From NCBI GenBank assembly GCA_010909165.1, contig VJWM01000179.1, positions 310,001 to 374,000 on the forward strand: DNA of 64,000 nt, written 5' to 3'. A program made the position numbers and the translations under genes. Source of the stretch: Anthoceros angustus (Eukaryota > Plantae > Anthocerotophyta). Position 1 is the stretch's first letter; each line of letters starts with the position of its first letter. Of the stretch, positions 1-11,935 are shown piece after piece. A model generated the notes under the pieces. The model was not told the DNA's origin, ran no database searches, and saw only the letters and a list, made by a program, of their open reading frames with translations.

Positions 1-1160
1 ATGATGAACATTAAAATGGAAAGCCGCGTTCTCTCAGCAGACGGTGGCGGCGAATATTTCCATGCACGCTTCACACTTGTCCAGACGGTAGCGCCACCAA
101 TGAGTCCATCCTCGTCATGCGCATGTCATAATTGCAGCCTTTCTCGGATATAAGGCTTCCATTTCGCCGCCTCCTCCACCCATTTGCCCTCCGGTTTCGC
201 ATTGAAGACTCGGTCGGTTTCGGCCTTGATTTCGAGCCTTTCATCAATTGTCTTGCCTCACAGCCTCCAAGTAGGTGGTGTTGGCGTCTTCATGCCCCAA
301 CCGTTGGCGCCCAGCGTCGGCGGTCCTTCACCACGCCGCCACTGCTTTCCTCGATTGAACCCTCATGGAGGACACCTTTGTTCCGCTCGGGTCATTGCGC
401 AAACTGCTGAGGTCGTTTCGTCGGCTCCGAGCCATGTATGGATTTGATCAGGCGCTCTTGCTGATGATGATGATGATGATGATGATGAACATGCGTGGTG
501 TCACATCCTTTCGCGGCGGCGTGCCTCCAACTTTGAGGCAGCGTGCGCCCATCACGATGACTCAAGTGCACGGAGATCGCGGTTGTCCTCACATTCAATA
601 TGTCATTCATCGCCCATTTACCAGCCATATATATAGCATGACATATATAGGCATCGAACCCATCAACCAAGGAACTTCCTCCCATGCCATCACCATGTCC
701 CCACGACATGGTTTGTGCAAATACCATGGTCCAAGGAACAAGGTACATACACAAATGCATAATTTCCGCCCTATGTATGTACCGCATCCCCATGTTCCAA
801 GGAGCATGGTATGAGCGGAAATATCATGGTTCGATGACATGGTATCTTGTTGGGAAAAGACCATGTTCCAAGGACACCTCTCCTCAAACATGGTATATAG
901 CATTGTATATAACATTAAAATGGAAAGCCGCGTTCTCAGCAGACGGTGTGGCGGAGTGGCGGCGAATATTTCCATGCGCTTCACACTTGTCGGGCAGTGG
1001 CGCCGACCATGAGTCCATCCTCGTCATGCGCACATAATTGCAGCCTTTCTCGGGATATAAGGCTTCCATTTCGCCGCCTCCTCCCTCCACCCATTTGCCC
1101 TCTGGTTTCGCATTGAAGACTGCGGTCGGTCGATTCTTGGATTTCGAGCCTTTCAATTGG
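1..1160. repeat. Second imperfect internal duplication (~1-245 matches ~905-1160)
   Basis: ACATTAAAATGGAAAGCCGCGTTCTC...GATTTCGAGCCTTTCA occurs in both places with indels. Confidence 0.8.
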
Positions 1161-1755
1161 CCATATTTCCGCTGCTGATCTTCGTATCTTATGGTTTGGG
1201 CGGCTTTGTAGGTGTGCAGTGTAATGGGCATGGCGGCAGGCCCGGATGGAGGCAACGGGTATAGCCGGTTTCTTGCCGAGGTGGAGGGTACCATACGCCA
1301 AACGTGGGCGGACGCATGGGCACTCCGCCAGCTCCCACCACGGCACCCCAACTTCCGCGATGAAGACGCGCGACGATGGCTTGCAACTTTGCATGGTGAA
1401 GCCGAGGTTTTGGATGCGCGGAGGCGTGTGCTGGAGGTGGGTCGCTGTTTGCTAGACATTACACATTGGATGGACCTGGTGCCGGATCTGCCCATCGCGG
1501 AATGGTTTGGAGAAGAGCGGCAGACATGGTGGGTCCTATACTCAGCGGTGCAGAGACGTTGCGGCGATAACTAGAGCGGCGGAGTGTGTCGCGCCATACT
1601 GCGCCAAACCCTGCTAAACCCAGGCAAGTATGTTCCAACTCAAGTCGATGTTGATGTGAAAATTCTATGAAGCCCCGAGTCATTATTCCGTCGACTCGCT
1701 CTCCCTCCACCCACGCAGCAGCGTGACCGCTAAAGCCCGGCCTCTATTCTCCTGC

Positions 1756-4700
1756 TCAAAGATGGAATATGCATTGTGTAACTTGATGTGGCCATATGAA
1801 AGGGGTGTCAACTCCATCTGCAACATACGTGCAGTGCCTTCCGGTGAACACGAGATCAAATCCACCGTAAGTTTCGCGAATGGATTGGGATCTCCCACTT
1901 GGATTACACTCAAACCACTTGACCTTAAGGACCATTGGCTCGAATCCGCTTGCAAACTGCACTCGAATTATTTCCGCTACATTGCCATAGTATGTCCGCT
2001 GTACACCGTCTCCCATGACATACTTTGTACAAACTCCGCTGTCCTGAGTGGCGCGACGGTCTTCGTCTGCTGCAAAGGTGCGTAGGTGGCTACCATTGCT
2101 CCACATGTGCCTATAAGTAGTCGCCGAAATAGAAGGCCCATCCATTATGGCCGCAACATCAGCAGTCATAAGTACAGATGACTCCCACCTTCCAGAATCC
2201 CTGCCAGCATGAACCCACGCGCGGAAAGATTGCCTGTCTTCATCACCATCAAGTTCCATGACCTCTTCGTTGTAAAGCTGTAGGAAGGGGTCAAGAACCA
2301 TCGTGTGTCTCAGCACAAAATTGTGGACCTGGTGGAGCTCCGTAGTGGTGAACTTGTATGCCTTGCCCATTCCTAACGGTTCACCGTCGCGTTCGTGGTC
2401 ATCTTTCTCACCGTAAATATGGGCTGTTTGCGGATGATGTCGCCGAAGGTAAGCCTTTGCAAACATGACAGCCTCCTCTCGAACATACCCCTCTGCCATG
2501 CTTCCCTCCAGTTTGCTGCGTTGTCGGATGTCTTCCTTCCTCCTTCCTAGATATCTTTCAACCGGATACATCCATCTGACATGAACAGGGCCAAGAAGTG
2601 CGACCTCATCCACAAGGTGAATAATGAGGTGGGTGGAAATATCAAACAATTTAGGTGGGAATTCCCTCTCCAAGTCGCACATGACTTTGATGCACTCTGC
2701 TTGCATTCTTCCCACCTCATGCCACAGGATTCTCATGGCATATCCACCGATAAAGTTTGCTCAACCCGCCATTTTGTACACATCTCGGTTTAATTCTTCC
2801 CTTAAAACAATTGGGAAGTATATTTCCATTAGTACATGCCAATCGTGTGCTTTTAAACTCCCACTTTGCGAAGCTAGCTTTTTGCGATGTTAGAAGCATA
2901 TCCGTGGGTAGTTTGATTGCTTGCATTTCCTTCATAACCTTCTCCAAGTCAGACGATAACACATACGCCGGAGTATATTGGTCCCTATTGGCTCCACGAG
3001 GCCACAAGTCGTGCTTCCCACCGTATTCTTCCATGTCCAACCGGGATTTCAAGTCATCCTTTTCTCCTGTTAGAGTGTGCCGGATAGTCTCCGCATTGTT
3101 TCTTTCAACGTGCATCACATCCTTCCGTGAACACGAGATCAAATCCACCGTAAGTTTCGCGAATGGATTGGGATCTCCCACTTGGATTACACTCAAACCA
3201 CTTGACCTTAAGGACCATTGGCTCGAATCCGCACAAGCGCACTCGAATTATTTCCGCTACATTGCCATAGTATGTCCACCGTCTCCCATGACATACTTTG
3301 TACAAACTCCTGTCTGAGTGGCGCGGCGGAGTCTGCTGCGAAGGTGCGTAGGTGGCTTCCATTGCTCCACATGTGCCTATAAGTAGTCGCGAAATAGAAG
3401 GCCCATCCATTATGGCCGCAACATCGGCGATCATAAGTGCGGATGACTCCCACCTTCCACAATCCCCGGCCGAACCACGCGGAAAGATTGCACCGCGCCA
3501 TCAAGTTCATCCATGACCTCTTCGTTGTAGGAAGGGTCAAGAACCATCGTGTGTCTCAACACAAAATTGTGGACTGGTGGAGCTCCGTGGTGAACTTGTA
3601 CTTGCCCATTCCTAACGGTTCACCGTCGTTGTGTCATCTTTCTCACCGTAAATATGGGCTTTTGCGGATGATGTCGCCGAAGGTAAGCCTTTGCAAACAT
3701 GACAGCCTCCTCTCGCACATACCCCTCTGCCATGCTTCCCTCGGTTTCTTTGCGTTGTCGGATGTCTTCCTTCCTCCTTCCTAGATATCTTTCAACCGGA
3801 TACATCCATCCGACATGAATAGGGGCCAAGTGCGACCTCATCCACAAGATGAATAATGAGGTGGGTGGAAATATCAAACAATTTAGGTGGGAATTCCCTC
3901 CAAGTCACATGACTTTGATGCACTCTGCTTGCATTCTTCCCACCTCATGCCACAGGATTCTCATGGCATATCCACCGATAAAGTTTGCTCAACCCGCCAC
4001 TTGTACACCTGGTTTAATTCTTCCCTTAAAACAATTGGGAAGTATATTTCCATTAGTACATGCCAATCGTGTGCTTTTAAACTCCCACTTTGCGAAGCTA
4101 GCTTTTGCGATGTTAGAAGCATATCCGTGGGTAGTTTGATTGCTTGCATTTCCTTCATAACCTTCTCCAAGTCCGGAGCGATAACACATAGTCGAGGAGT
4201 ATATTGGTCCCTATTGGCTCCACGAGGCCACAAGTCGTGCTTCCCACCGTATTCTTCCATGTCCAACCGGGATTTCAAGTCATCCTTTTCTCCTATTAGA
4301 GTGTGCCGGATAGTCTCCGCATTGTTTCTTTCAACGTGCATCACATCCTTCTATGCCCACTTCGGCATATCCCTCCAATATGGTAAATATTTGAACCACA
4401 GCGACAAGCGACAGGTGCCGAACAACCCTCGCTCCCTCAACTCCCTCGATGTTGCTTTCTCCCTACGTTCCATGTCGGAGATGACCGTGGCATAAGTTGC
4501 ATGTGGCCGTGAGCCTTTCCACGCCATTGTACATATTCGAATGAAGGCGGCGCATGGGGTGGTTGGGTGGCAGCCATCGGCGGTACCCAGATATACCTCC
4601 TTTGAAGGTTCTTCGCCCATCGGGATCCTAATGCATCCCAACATTCCATACATGCCGCGACCCTTTCACGAAACCCCGACAATGTTCCAAGCCGGGTAAT

Positions 4701-6072
4701 CAGCTATCGTGTGCAAAATAGCTGCACGCAAGCGGAATTTCCGCTGCGGGCTGCCTTCCGGTTGTGAGAAGTCTTCCATTGGTATCCCAGTCCAAAGGTC
4801 ACTCAACTCCTGCAATAGTGGCTCCATGTAGACATCGAAATTCGGGACAATGTGGGGCCCTGGCACTATAATTGGCATTATGATATTAACAGACTTCGTA
4901 CTCAACCATGGTGGTAGGTTGTGCACAACCAGCAACACAGGCCAAATGGAATGGGATGTAGACTTATGCCCAAAAGGATTAAACCCATCGGTGGCAAGAG
5001 CAAATCGAATATTTCGCGGTTCCAAGCCAAAACCGTCCAACCCATCCAGAACAGCCCATGCAGGTGTATCGGCCATGATGCCCATGGAACCATCCACGCT
5101 CCGCATTGTCACGTATGAAGTCATGAGCGCAGCTGTCTCTGGCGTCCGAAACATACGAGTCAGCCTAGACTTCAGGGGAAAATGCCATAGGACTTTTCGG
5201 GGTACTCTCCTAGTACCATTTGGTAGACCCGTGCTCGACACATATCTGGCAGATGCACATATGTGGCAAATTTCGTCGGAAGCATATGGTCCACGAAACA
5301 GCAAACAGTCATTAACACAGGCGTGAATCTTTTCGACCTTGGGCCCAAACATATATAGGGTTTTCTTTGCCTCCGCCATGGACCGTGGCGAGTTTCCCGA
5401 TGGCAGCAAGTGACAGCCAAGAACCTCCAATATAGCTGTCATGGCAACATCAGATATACCGAACTTGGACTGGATTGATAGGAGCAGAAGTGTCGCAGTG
5501 AGAGAAGTTTCTGTGGTACTGCAATGTTCGCAACTTGTGAACAATGGTGTTTCCGCGGCAATTCGGGCTGCTGCTGTGTCATCGCTGGGCACTTGTTCCG
5601 GATCCCAACCGGCCATGATGTCATCGAGGTCCACATCATCCAAACCATGTGCCCGCCCGCCATCCGAAACATCTGGTGGTTGTGGCGTATTAATGTCGCC
5701 GAGTGGAGGAGACATGTGTTGCTCGGCAGATGGATTCAAACCGCACCGTATTGCGGGCGGAATGTCGGCGGCATGCCTACGCGTCTCCTCCTCAGGAATG
5801 GGCGTGGCCTGGGAACGGCAGTTCCCTATGCGCTGCATTGAAAGCCCGAAAAAAAGAATGAGTTGCATATCCATTAAACAAGGAACGTAATCAAGTAGGG
5901 AGAACATGGTTGCATATTCCCCGACACTCACCGCTTCACGATACCAACGACGGATAGTTTCCTCACAATGTTGCTGTGAAATGTGTGCAGGGATGGGTGT
6001 TGATATGTTCTGGCAGCGCGGGCATGGACATAGCATGTGCGTCGTCAAGTCCGGATTCCGTATACGCGGCAT
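1756..6072 (-). pseudogene. CACTA Tnp2 transposase (Transposase_21 plus DUF4218/DUF4216-like C-terminus), frameshifted and internally duplicated
   Basis: ORF 4666-6165 has N-terminal CPCxxC, KIHACVNDCLLFRG, RNIRFALATDGFNPFG, WPVLLVVHNLPPW and NFDVYMEPLLQEL. Downstream pieces: MHVERN, FPPKLFDISTHLIIHL, GPVHVRWMYPVERYLG, EGSMAEGY, YYGNVAEII, PFIWPHQ. Probable ATG at 6072. Confidence 0.93.
1837..4351. repeat. ~1.25-kb tandem duplication inside the transposase
   Basis: ~1842-3125 is repeated at ~3126-4351. CCTTC microhomology at the junction; the second copy has many small deletions. Confidence 0.9.
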
Positions 6073-9000
6073 TGCAACCTGATGGTTCAAACTGAAAATA
6101 CCCACCCCCCCAAGAATGTTACGCCGTGTCGTCCATAGAAAGTTGCATTGGAGGGCACCGCTCACGACATGCCGGTATCGTGCACGCGTTGATGAGAAGG
6201 ATGGGACGCCAACAACGCACTCTGCTTCTCCATGGTCGTTTTCTCATGGGTGGCATCTATCTGTTACACGAAGTGCGGATTTTCAGAATAGCGACTTCAA
6301 ATGCCCAGACATGGGCCAGCCACGCCGCCAGCCTCTCTCACATACCACGCACACCCACCTTTCCAGGTCGATGCCAACCAGCAACAGACGAACCTTGTTA
6401 TATTGTCGATGAAGAGCTAACAGTGGAAGGCATCACACGCACGGCTTGAGGAGATTGGTCTCGCATTGCCAACACGCCGATCGTTCCACCAAGGCTATCG
6501 GCAACAACGACCCAAGTTCTATCTATTCATATGCGCGAAGATGTATGCACAGACCGAGAAGAGTTTTCCACAGGCCGAAAAGATAGAGCTCAAAACAGCA
6601 CACAGCACACGGTCACAATGTGGCGGAGAAGGCCGCAAGCTCCATTTGAAGCCGAAGCATTCCAAGCTGGCGTCGCCTACGCATTGCAAGCCTGCACTAG
6701 CCGTTTGCCAGAAGACGTTGCAAGTGGCAGATGCTGGTTTCCTAGGTGTTTATTTCTGGAGTAGGGCACACGCAAGGCGGAGAACATGCCATGACGACCG
6801 ACAACAAGTGCACACAGTGGCCGGAATCGCGGAGTGCAGGATGTCCAGTGTGGAGTTTTGTAGCACTTCGACAAAGGGTGTGTGTAAGAAGCGAAGCTGT
6901 TGAATTGCAGTAAAGGTGGAAAGCATTGCCTTCCCAAAGTTGACCTATGTCTCTGTCGCCAGTACTAAAGCGTGTTTGTCACTCGACCTTGACTCCCATT
7001 CAATTTGCCGCACTTGCTTGCATATGCGCACACGCCCTTACCTTACACATTTCAATCCACCGGACCGCCATGGATGGCACACGAGCCTTACTACTTGCCC
7101 GAACTGTCTCATTAATAACACCCAACACATGGAGCAGCTGGTGTCATTGGCAATGGCGGACCCGCCCATAGAGTACCGCGAAGGCATACGGCGTGCACGA
7201 CGGCGCAGTGGTGCGGCACATTCGGGTTCTGAGTCCGACTCTGAGCGACCAACTCCACCGCCAGAAAAACCAGATGGCACAGATGTGCTGCCGTCTCCAA
7301 TTTGGAGTGCAGCCCTCGGGCCGGTGGAAGGCGATGAGAAGGTGTGCGTGTGGGGAGGCGATGTGCACACCCATATGTGTGGGGAGGAGAGGGCGGTGGG
7401 TGCTCCAAGTCATGGAGGCGGTTGTTAAAATGCATCATCGGTTTGTCACAAGAGCAAGTTTGGAGGATGATGGGCCGTTGTTCGTCGGGCCTCGAGAAGC
7501 AAACGGGAAAGTTTGGGAGCTTCTTGCAAAGGTTGGGTCTTGGGTTCCTAGGTCGAGCAAAGGAGCTCGCAATATTCGTGCACCAAGCGGTTGAGGCACT
7601 CGAGAGAATTGGCGTGAACACATCGTCGTCCTCGGTTGAGGCGCAAGGGAGAAATTGTATTGACGCCATGTTGGGAGAGCACTTGTTCACACTTCGGTGG
7701 TGCGTAAGGTGGCCCAATTTGGAGAAATTACCTCGGCACCCAACAAGGCGATTGGATTGGTGGGAACTTGCGACGTCATTGCGGGAGGAGGCACAATTTC
7801 ACAAGTGGATGTGGGGAAACACATATATGCGCGAGAGGGGCCCTATTGGGATCAACGTCGTTACCTTCGTGGGTGGCCCAGTTATGCATTAAGGTCCATG
7901 CTTACAGCCCCATCTACAGCATGTGGCATTGTCACTATTGTGAAGCAGCAATTGGACGGGGCAAACTTCTCAGTGTCGATCGAGGGTTTTGTTCACCACA
8001 ACAGGTGGACCATTTTGCTATGCAGATTTCAAAGTGAATGACGAAGGCCATTACCGGCTCTGGAGGCGGACATGATCGTTGAGGCACCTTCACCTTGGCG
8101 GAGGGCGACTTCATGCCTTGTTGGCGGGGCGATCACATGGGTACCTATTCCGAATAAGGAGCCTTGCGGAGCCAGTGACGGTGGAGGTATACGAGGGCGA
8201 GTTCTTTATGCACAAGAGCTCAATGAAGATAGGAGTTTGACAAGGAAGGTGAGTGTGCCCGCCTGTTGTTGATGCAAGATTTGGTATGGTGCAAACCATG
8301 ATTTGCGAAGGACGCTCCGTAAAATGTGGTTTGCCTTGTTGTTTACCACATTTCAAGGATTCCAATCTTCACCACTTTACCAAGCACGACGTGTGGGGAG
8401 GCGATGTTGTATGCGGCGCAATCGCCGCCATTCGAGGACTCAAGCTCACATAGCTCGCTTTTTGTCTCCATCTTCATACCTCACAACAGAATCGAGTCGC
8501 TTACACCTTTTAAGAACAACAATGTACTCGGCGTGACAGTCGAACTGTTGAGCATGTTATCCACATCATCGCAGACATCCGCATAGCAGCCTTCATATGT
8601 CCGACCGTCTGCTGGGTACATTGTCCATCTCGTATGGGTTGGATCGACGTACATGCCACTTCCAAAAATTAGGGTACCGAACAACGTCACCATGTCGCTG
8701 TTTTCCACAAGGCACGTCACGGGCCCGGGATACCCAATAGAAGACAAAACAGGCCAAACGTAGCCGCGTGTGGAGAACCCGCCCACCCGGGTGCGAGGAT
8801 GAGTGGAACGCCCCAAGTGGATGTGGCGTGAGGTTTCCAGTATTTTAACCGGAAGGTGCATAAAAAAAGCGAGCATGACGAGAGGCCAAGCGGACCACAC
8901 GTGGGAGGGCTTCGATGAACATAATTACAAGGCGGTTCACGGGCCCGGTCGACAATGGAACTAGGCGGGGACCCGCCCGGTACCAAGTAGTGAAACTATT

Positions 9001-9474
9001 TTTACTAGAGATAAGGGAGAAAGAGGGACGGTTGGAGGAAGCAAGTCGCACCCATTCAAGTAGAGAAGAGTAATAGACAATGTAACAAAACTGCTTGTGT
9101 GACTGAGTCTCTCCCATACCAGCCGTTGTAACGTTTTTGATCACCATAACAAGATGTACAACAAAAAAACGTTACATAGCAGCAGGTTTTTAGTAGTGGT
9201 TGGCTATAGCAAAATCGATGGGCCCACCCGGACGGGTTTGCATCACCGTCCGGTCGGACTCGCGTCACCGTCCGGTTGGTAGCGAGGCCACGGACTTCCA
9301 TCGGACGGCGGTTTACACGCAGACGGCGAGTTTGCGTTTCTATTTCCACATGCGGTGACCTCCCAGACGGCTACCGCCACCAGTATGCAATCAAGGGCCG
9401 ATTGAAACGGCAACCTTCACAACACGTTATTCTTATCTTTATGTCGTGTTGGATATGTCGGTAAAATAACGCTA

Positions 9475-11021
9475 TCACAGAGAAACCCCGCATGATAAGT
9501 TTGCCCTAAACGATATAACCACATTTTTTTTTACGTGATAAAAACACCCGATGTGTAGTGGTGACAAGTTCCCTGTACGATGGCCTTTTGCCACCACATC
9601 GCCGTGCATCTGACCATTCTTCAGAAACAAAACTTCCTTCTTCGTAAAAAGGACCTGCAGACTTGCATCGGTCAATGGTGCCACAGATATGAGATTTCTA
9701 CGTAGGTTTGGTACAAACAGCGCTCCTTCCATTGCCTTGACCTCGCCACGAGCAACTGAGCTCAGACTCGAGCCAATCTCGCTATCGTTCCCTAGGCGCA
9801 CTGCCTTCTCCCTCCTATAGTCTTGAAGGAGCTCCTTATCCTTCACCATAAAGGATGTACATGCGAGAATCTATCGCATCGCTTTCGCTTGTAATCAGAA
9901 GCACGCTGGCGATACTTCTTCTCATGCGTTGCCTCGCAACCTCACCTTTACTCTCACCCTCGTGAGATGTGCGGTCTTCCGATCCTTGCAATCCTTCTCA
10001 TAATGACCATACTTGAAGCATTTTTGCATCGTCTCTTCACTATTCTCTTGTCCTTCATCCTGCGAGGACTCCCCGCTTGTCCTTGTTCGCTTGTTCCGTC
10101 CCTTCCCTTGATGAACATCGCATGCTCCGGACCTATTGAAGATCCGCCATTGGCCCAATCAAGTAGTCTCCTTCGCCAACATCTTAGAGGTGACCTCCTC
10201 CCATGTGAGAGTGTCTTGGGCTATTAGGAAATCTATGAACCGACCAAGCTTCGCATAGAACGATATAGAAACATCTTCAGTATGTCCTCACGGATAGCAA
10301 AGCGCCGTCGATGCTAGCCCTGTAAACAATTCGTGAAAGGTGTCGATGTGCCGCAAATGCCTGCCCTGAATACTTCAATGTCGTCACACGACAAAACAAG
10401 TGAAATACTTCACTGCTCCCTTCTCGCCATATTTCTCATTGAGAAGATTCCAAATATACTCCGTGCCCTTATGCGGTTCTCCGACCTTAATTTGGACCGC
10501 CGTAGAGATTCATATATAGGAGAGTCAGACTTGTGGTCTCTCGCATCCATTCTCTCTCGCCTCCCTCATCTTGGTTTCGGCTCTTTGCCCTCGGCAATGC
10601 CATACGCGTCCTCTGCCATCAGCAGAACCTTCATGGACCTTTTCCATATATGGAACTCCGTTCCATCAAACACCGCGTCCTCAAGGCGTGGTAGAGCCCA
10701 TCGCCATCACAACTCCGTCCTCTCTTATCTGTCTCGCGATTAGTGTTCCTGCTCTGATACCATGTAAGAACTAGCTCGACACAACATGGCAACGCATGGA
10801 TCAACACGATTAGCGGAACTGGCGAGGCAATGGATGGCACGCAATAGCACCACCGCTTAGATAGGCTCCACAGTACACAAGTCAATATGGTGCACAGGGT
10901 GCTACATATATAGCCCTTAGGCGGGGCAACTGTCGAGGAGGTAAGCCCTAGTCTCGAGAGTGCAATATCCTAGTATATCCTAATATACTAGAGTAAGTAG
11001 CAGAGGATTGAATCTCTAACA
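9475..11021 (-). mobile_element. Truncated, degenerate Ty1/Copia element (5' LTR, PBS, gag and protease remnants)
   Basis: GCTCTGATACCA at 10751-10762 is a tRNA-iMet PBS on the minus strand. Adjacent putative LTR 10763-11021 has TG...CA ends. Zn-knuckle remnant KCFKYGHYEKDC and protease-region ALFVPNLRRNLISV. Confidence 0.85.
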
Positions 11022-11935
11022 ATAAAATGCCTGTTCTTACATCGTTTTCCCACCTTCACGCATCACCTCCAGGCCCCCACGTACCACTCATGCCACAAGA
11101 GTGCAGCCCCAAAGGCGTTCCTGGAACTAAGGACGTGTTACCGTCAAAATCCATCTTCCATTCACGGACAGTGTGGCATCACCTGTGTTTTCCTTGCAAC
11201 CAGGGGACTTCTCTACATCCTCGTTGGGGCTCTTTTGGGTCTCCCCTTCCAGACGATGGTACGTACATAGATGGGGTGGGGAAGAATGGTTGAATGGTTT
11301 TAACGCGATATAAATGATAAGAATGCGTGTGAACGACACCTAACACCAGGTGAGCGCACAAAATAAGCGTGGACCAGGATTGACCGTCCGTACTGGCCTC
11401 CTCGAGAGCCGACAGTCGCCCGTGGACACGGATTTCAAGCTTTCAACGATGAACCAGCTCACATTGTGCTCATTTGCGTCACTCACGATTCAATCTGGCC
11501 AGCTTCGGCTTCGATTCATGTTCTTCCACTCGCATTGTCGGAGCCAGCCAATGTTGGGCTGTCCGAACTCCCAGCAGCAGCAGGAGCAGCATCGACAAGG
11601 GCAGCACCCAGGATTTCTGCACGCCCTCAGGTTGCGAGTAGGGCCGTCCATGCCGGTCGCTGGCCCACCTGCTTCCAGCCCGGAACCAGAGCGGCCGCTT
11701 GTGAAGCCCAGGCCCGAGCCGGTTCCTCTGGTACGTGCCTCGCATGAGGCAGAGAGTTGGGTGCTTTAGATGCCCACGCTCGGGGCCCCAACCTCAAATT
11801 TCTTGCCTTCCGTCAACCAAGGCAATGGCTCCCTCGCCGCACTGCCCTGCCTCCGGAAGCCCAAGCCGACAATGTTTTTGTCTTGGGGTCCAGTCAACGC
11901 CGGGTTGCTGCTGACCGGCCCGAAGGTCGCCGGAC

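Larger units (their letters stand above)
1..9198 (-). mobile_element. CACTA (En/Spm) DNA transposon, partial; other end lies outside the window
   Basis: Tnp2 transposase on the minus strand. GTTTTTAGTAGTG at 9186-9198 is the reverse complement of CACTACTAAAAAC, a typical CACTA TIR start. Short TGTAAC/GTTACA subterminal motifs at ~9080-9176. Confidence 0.8.

Noticed and set aside
365-814. Poly-Met / poly-His ORFs
   Set aside because: Products of a (GAT)n microsatellite at ~463-488 inside the transposon.
8983-8992. Alternative CACTA terminus CCAAGTAGTG
   Set aside because: Weaker match than 9186-9198, which has the A-tract and subterminal motifs.
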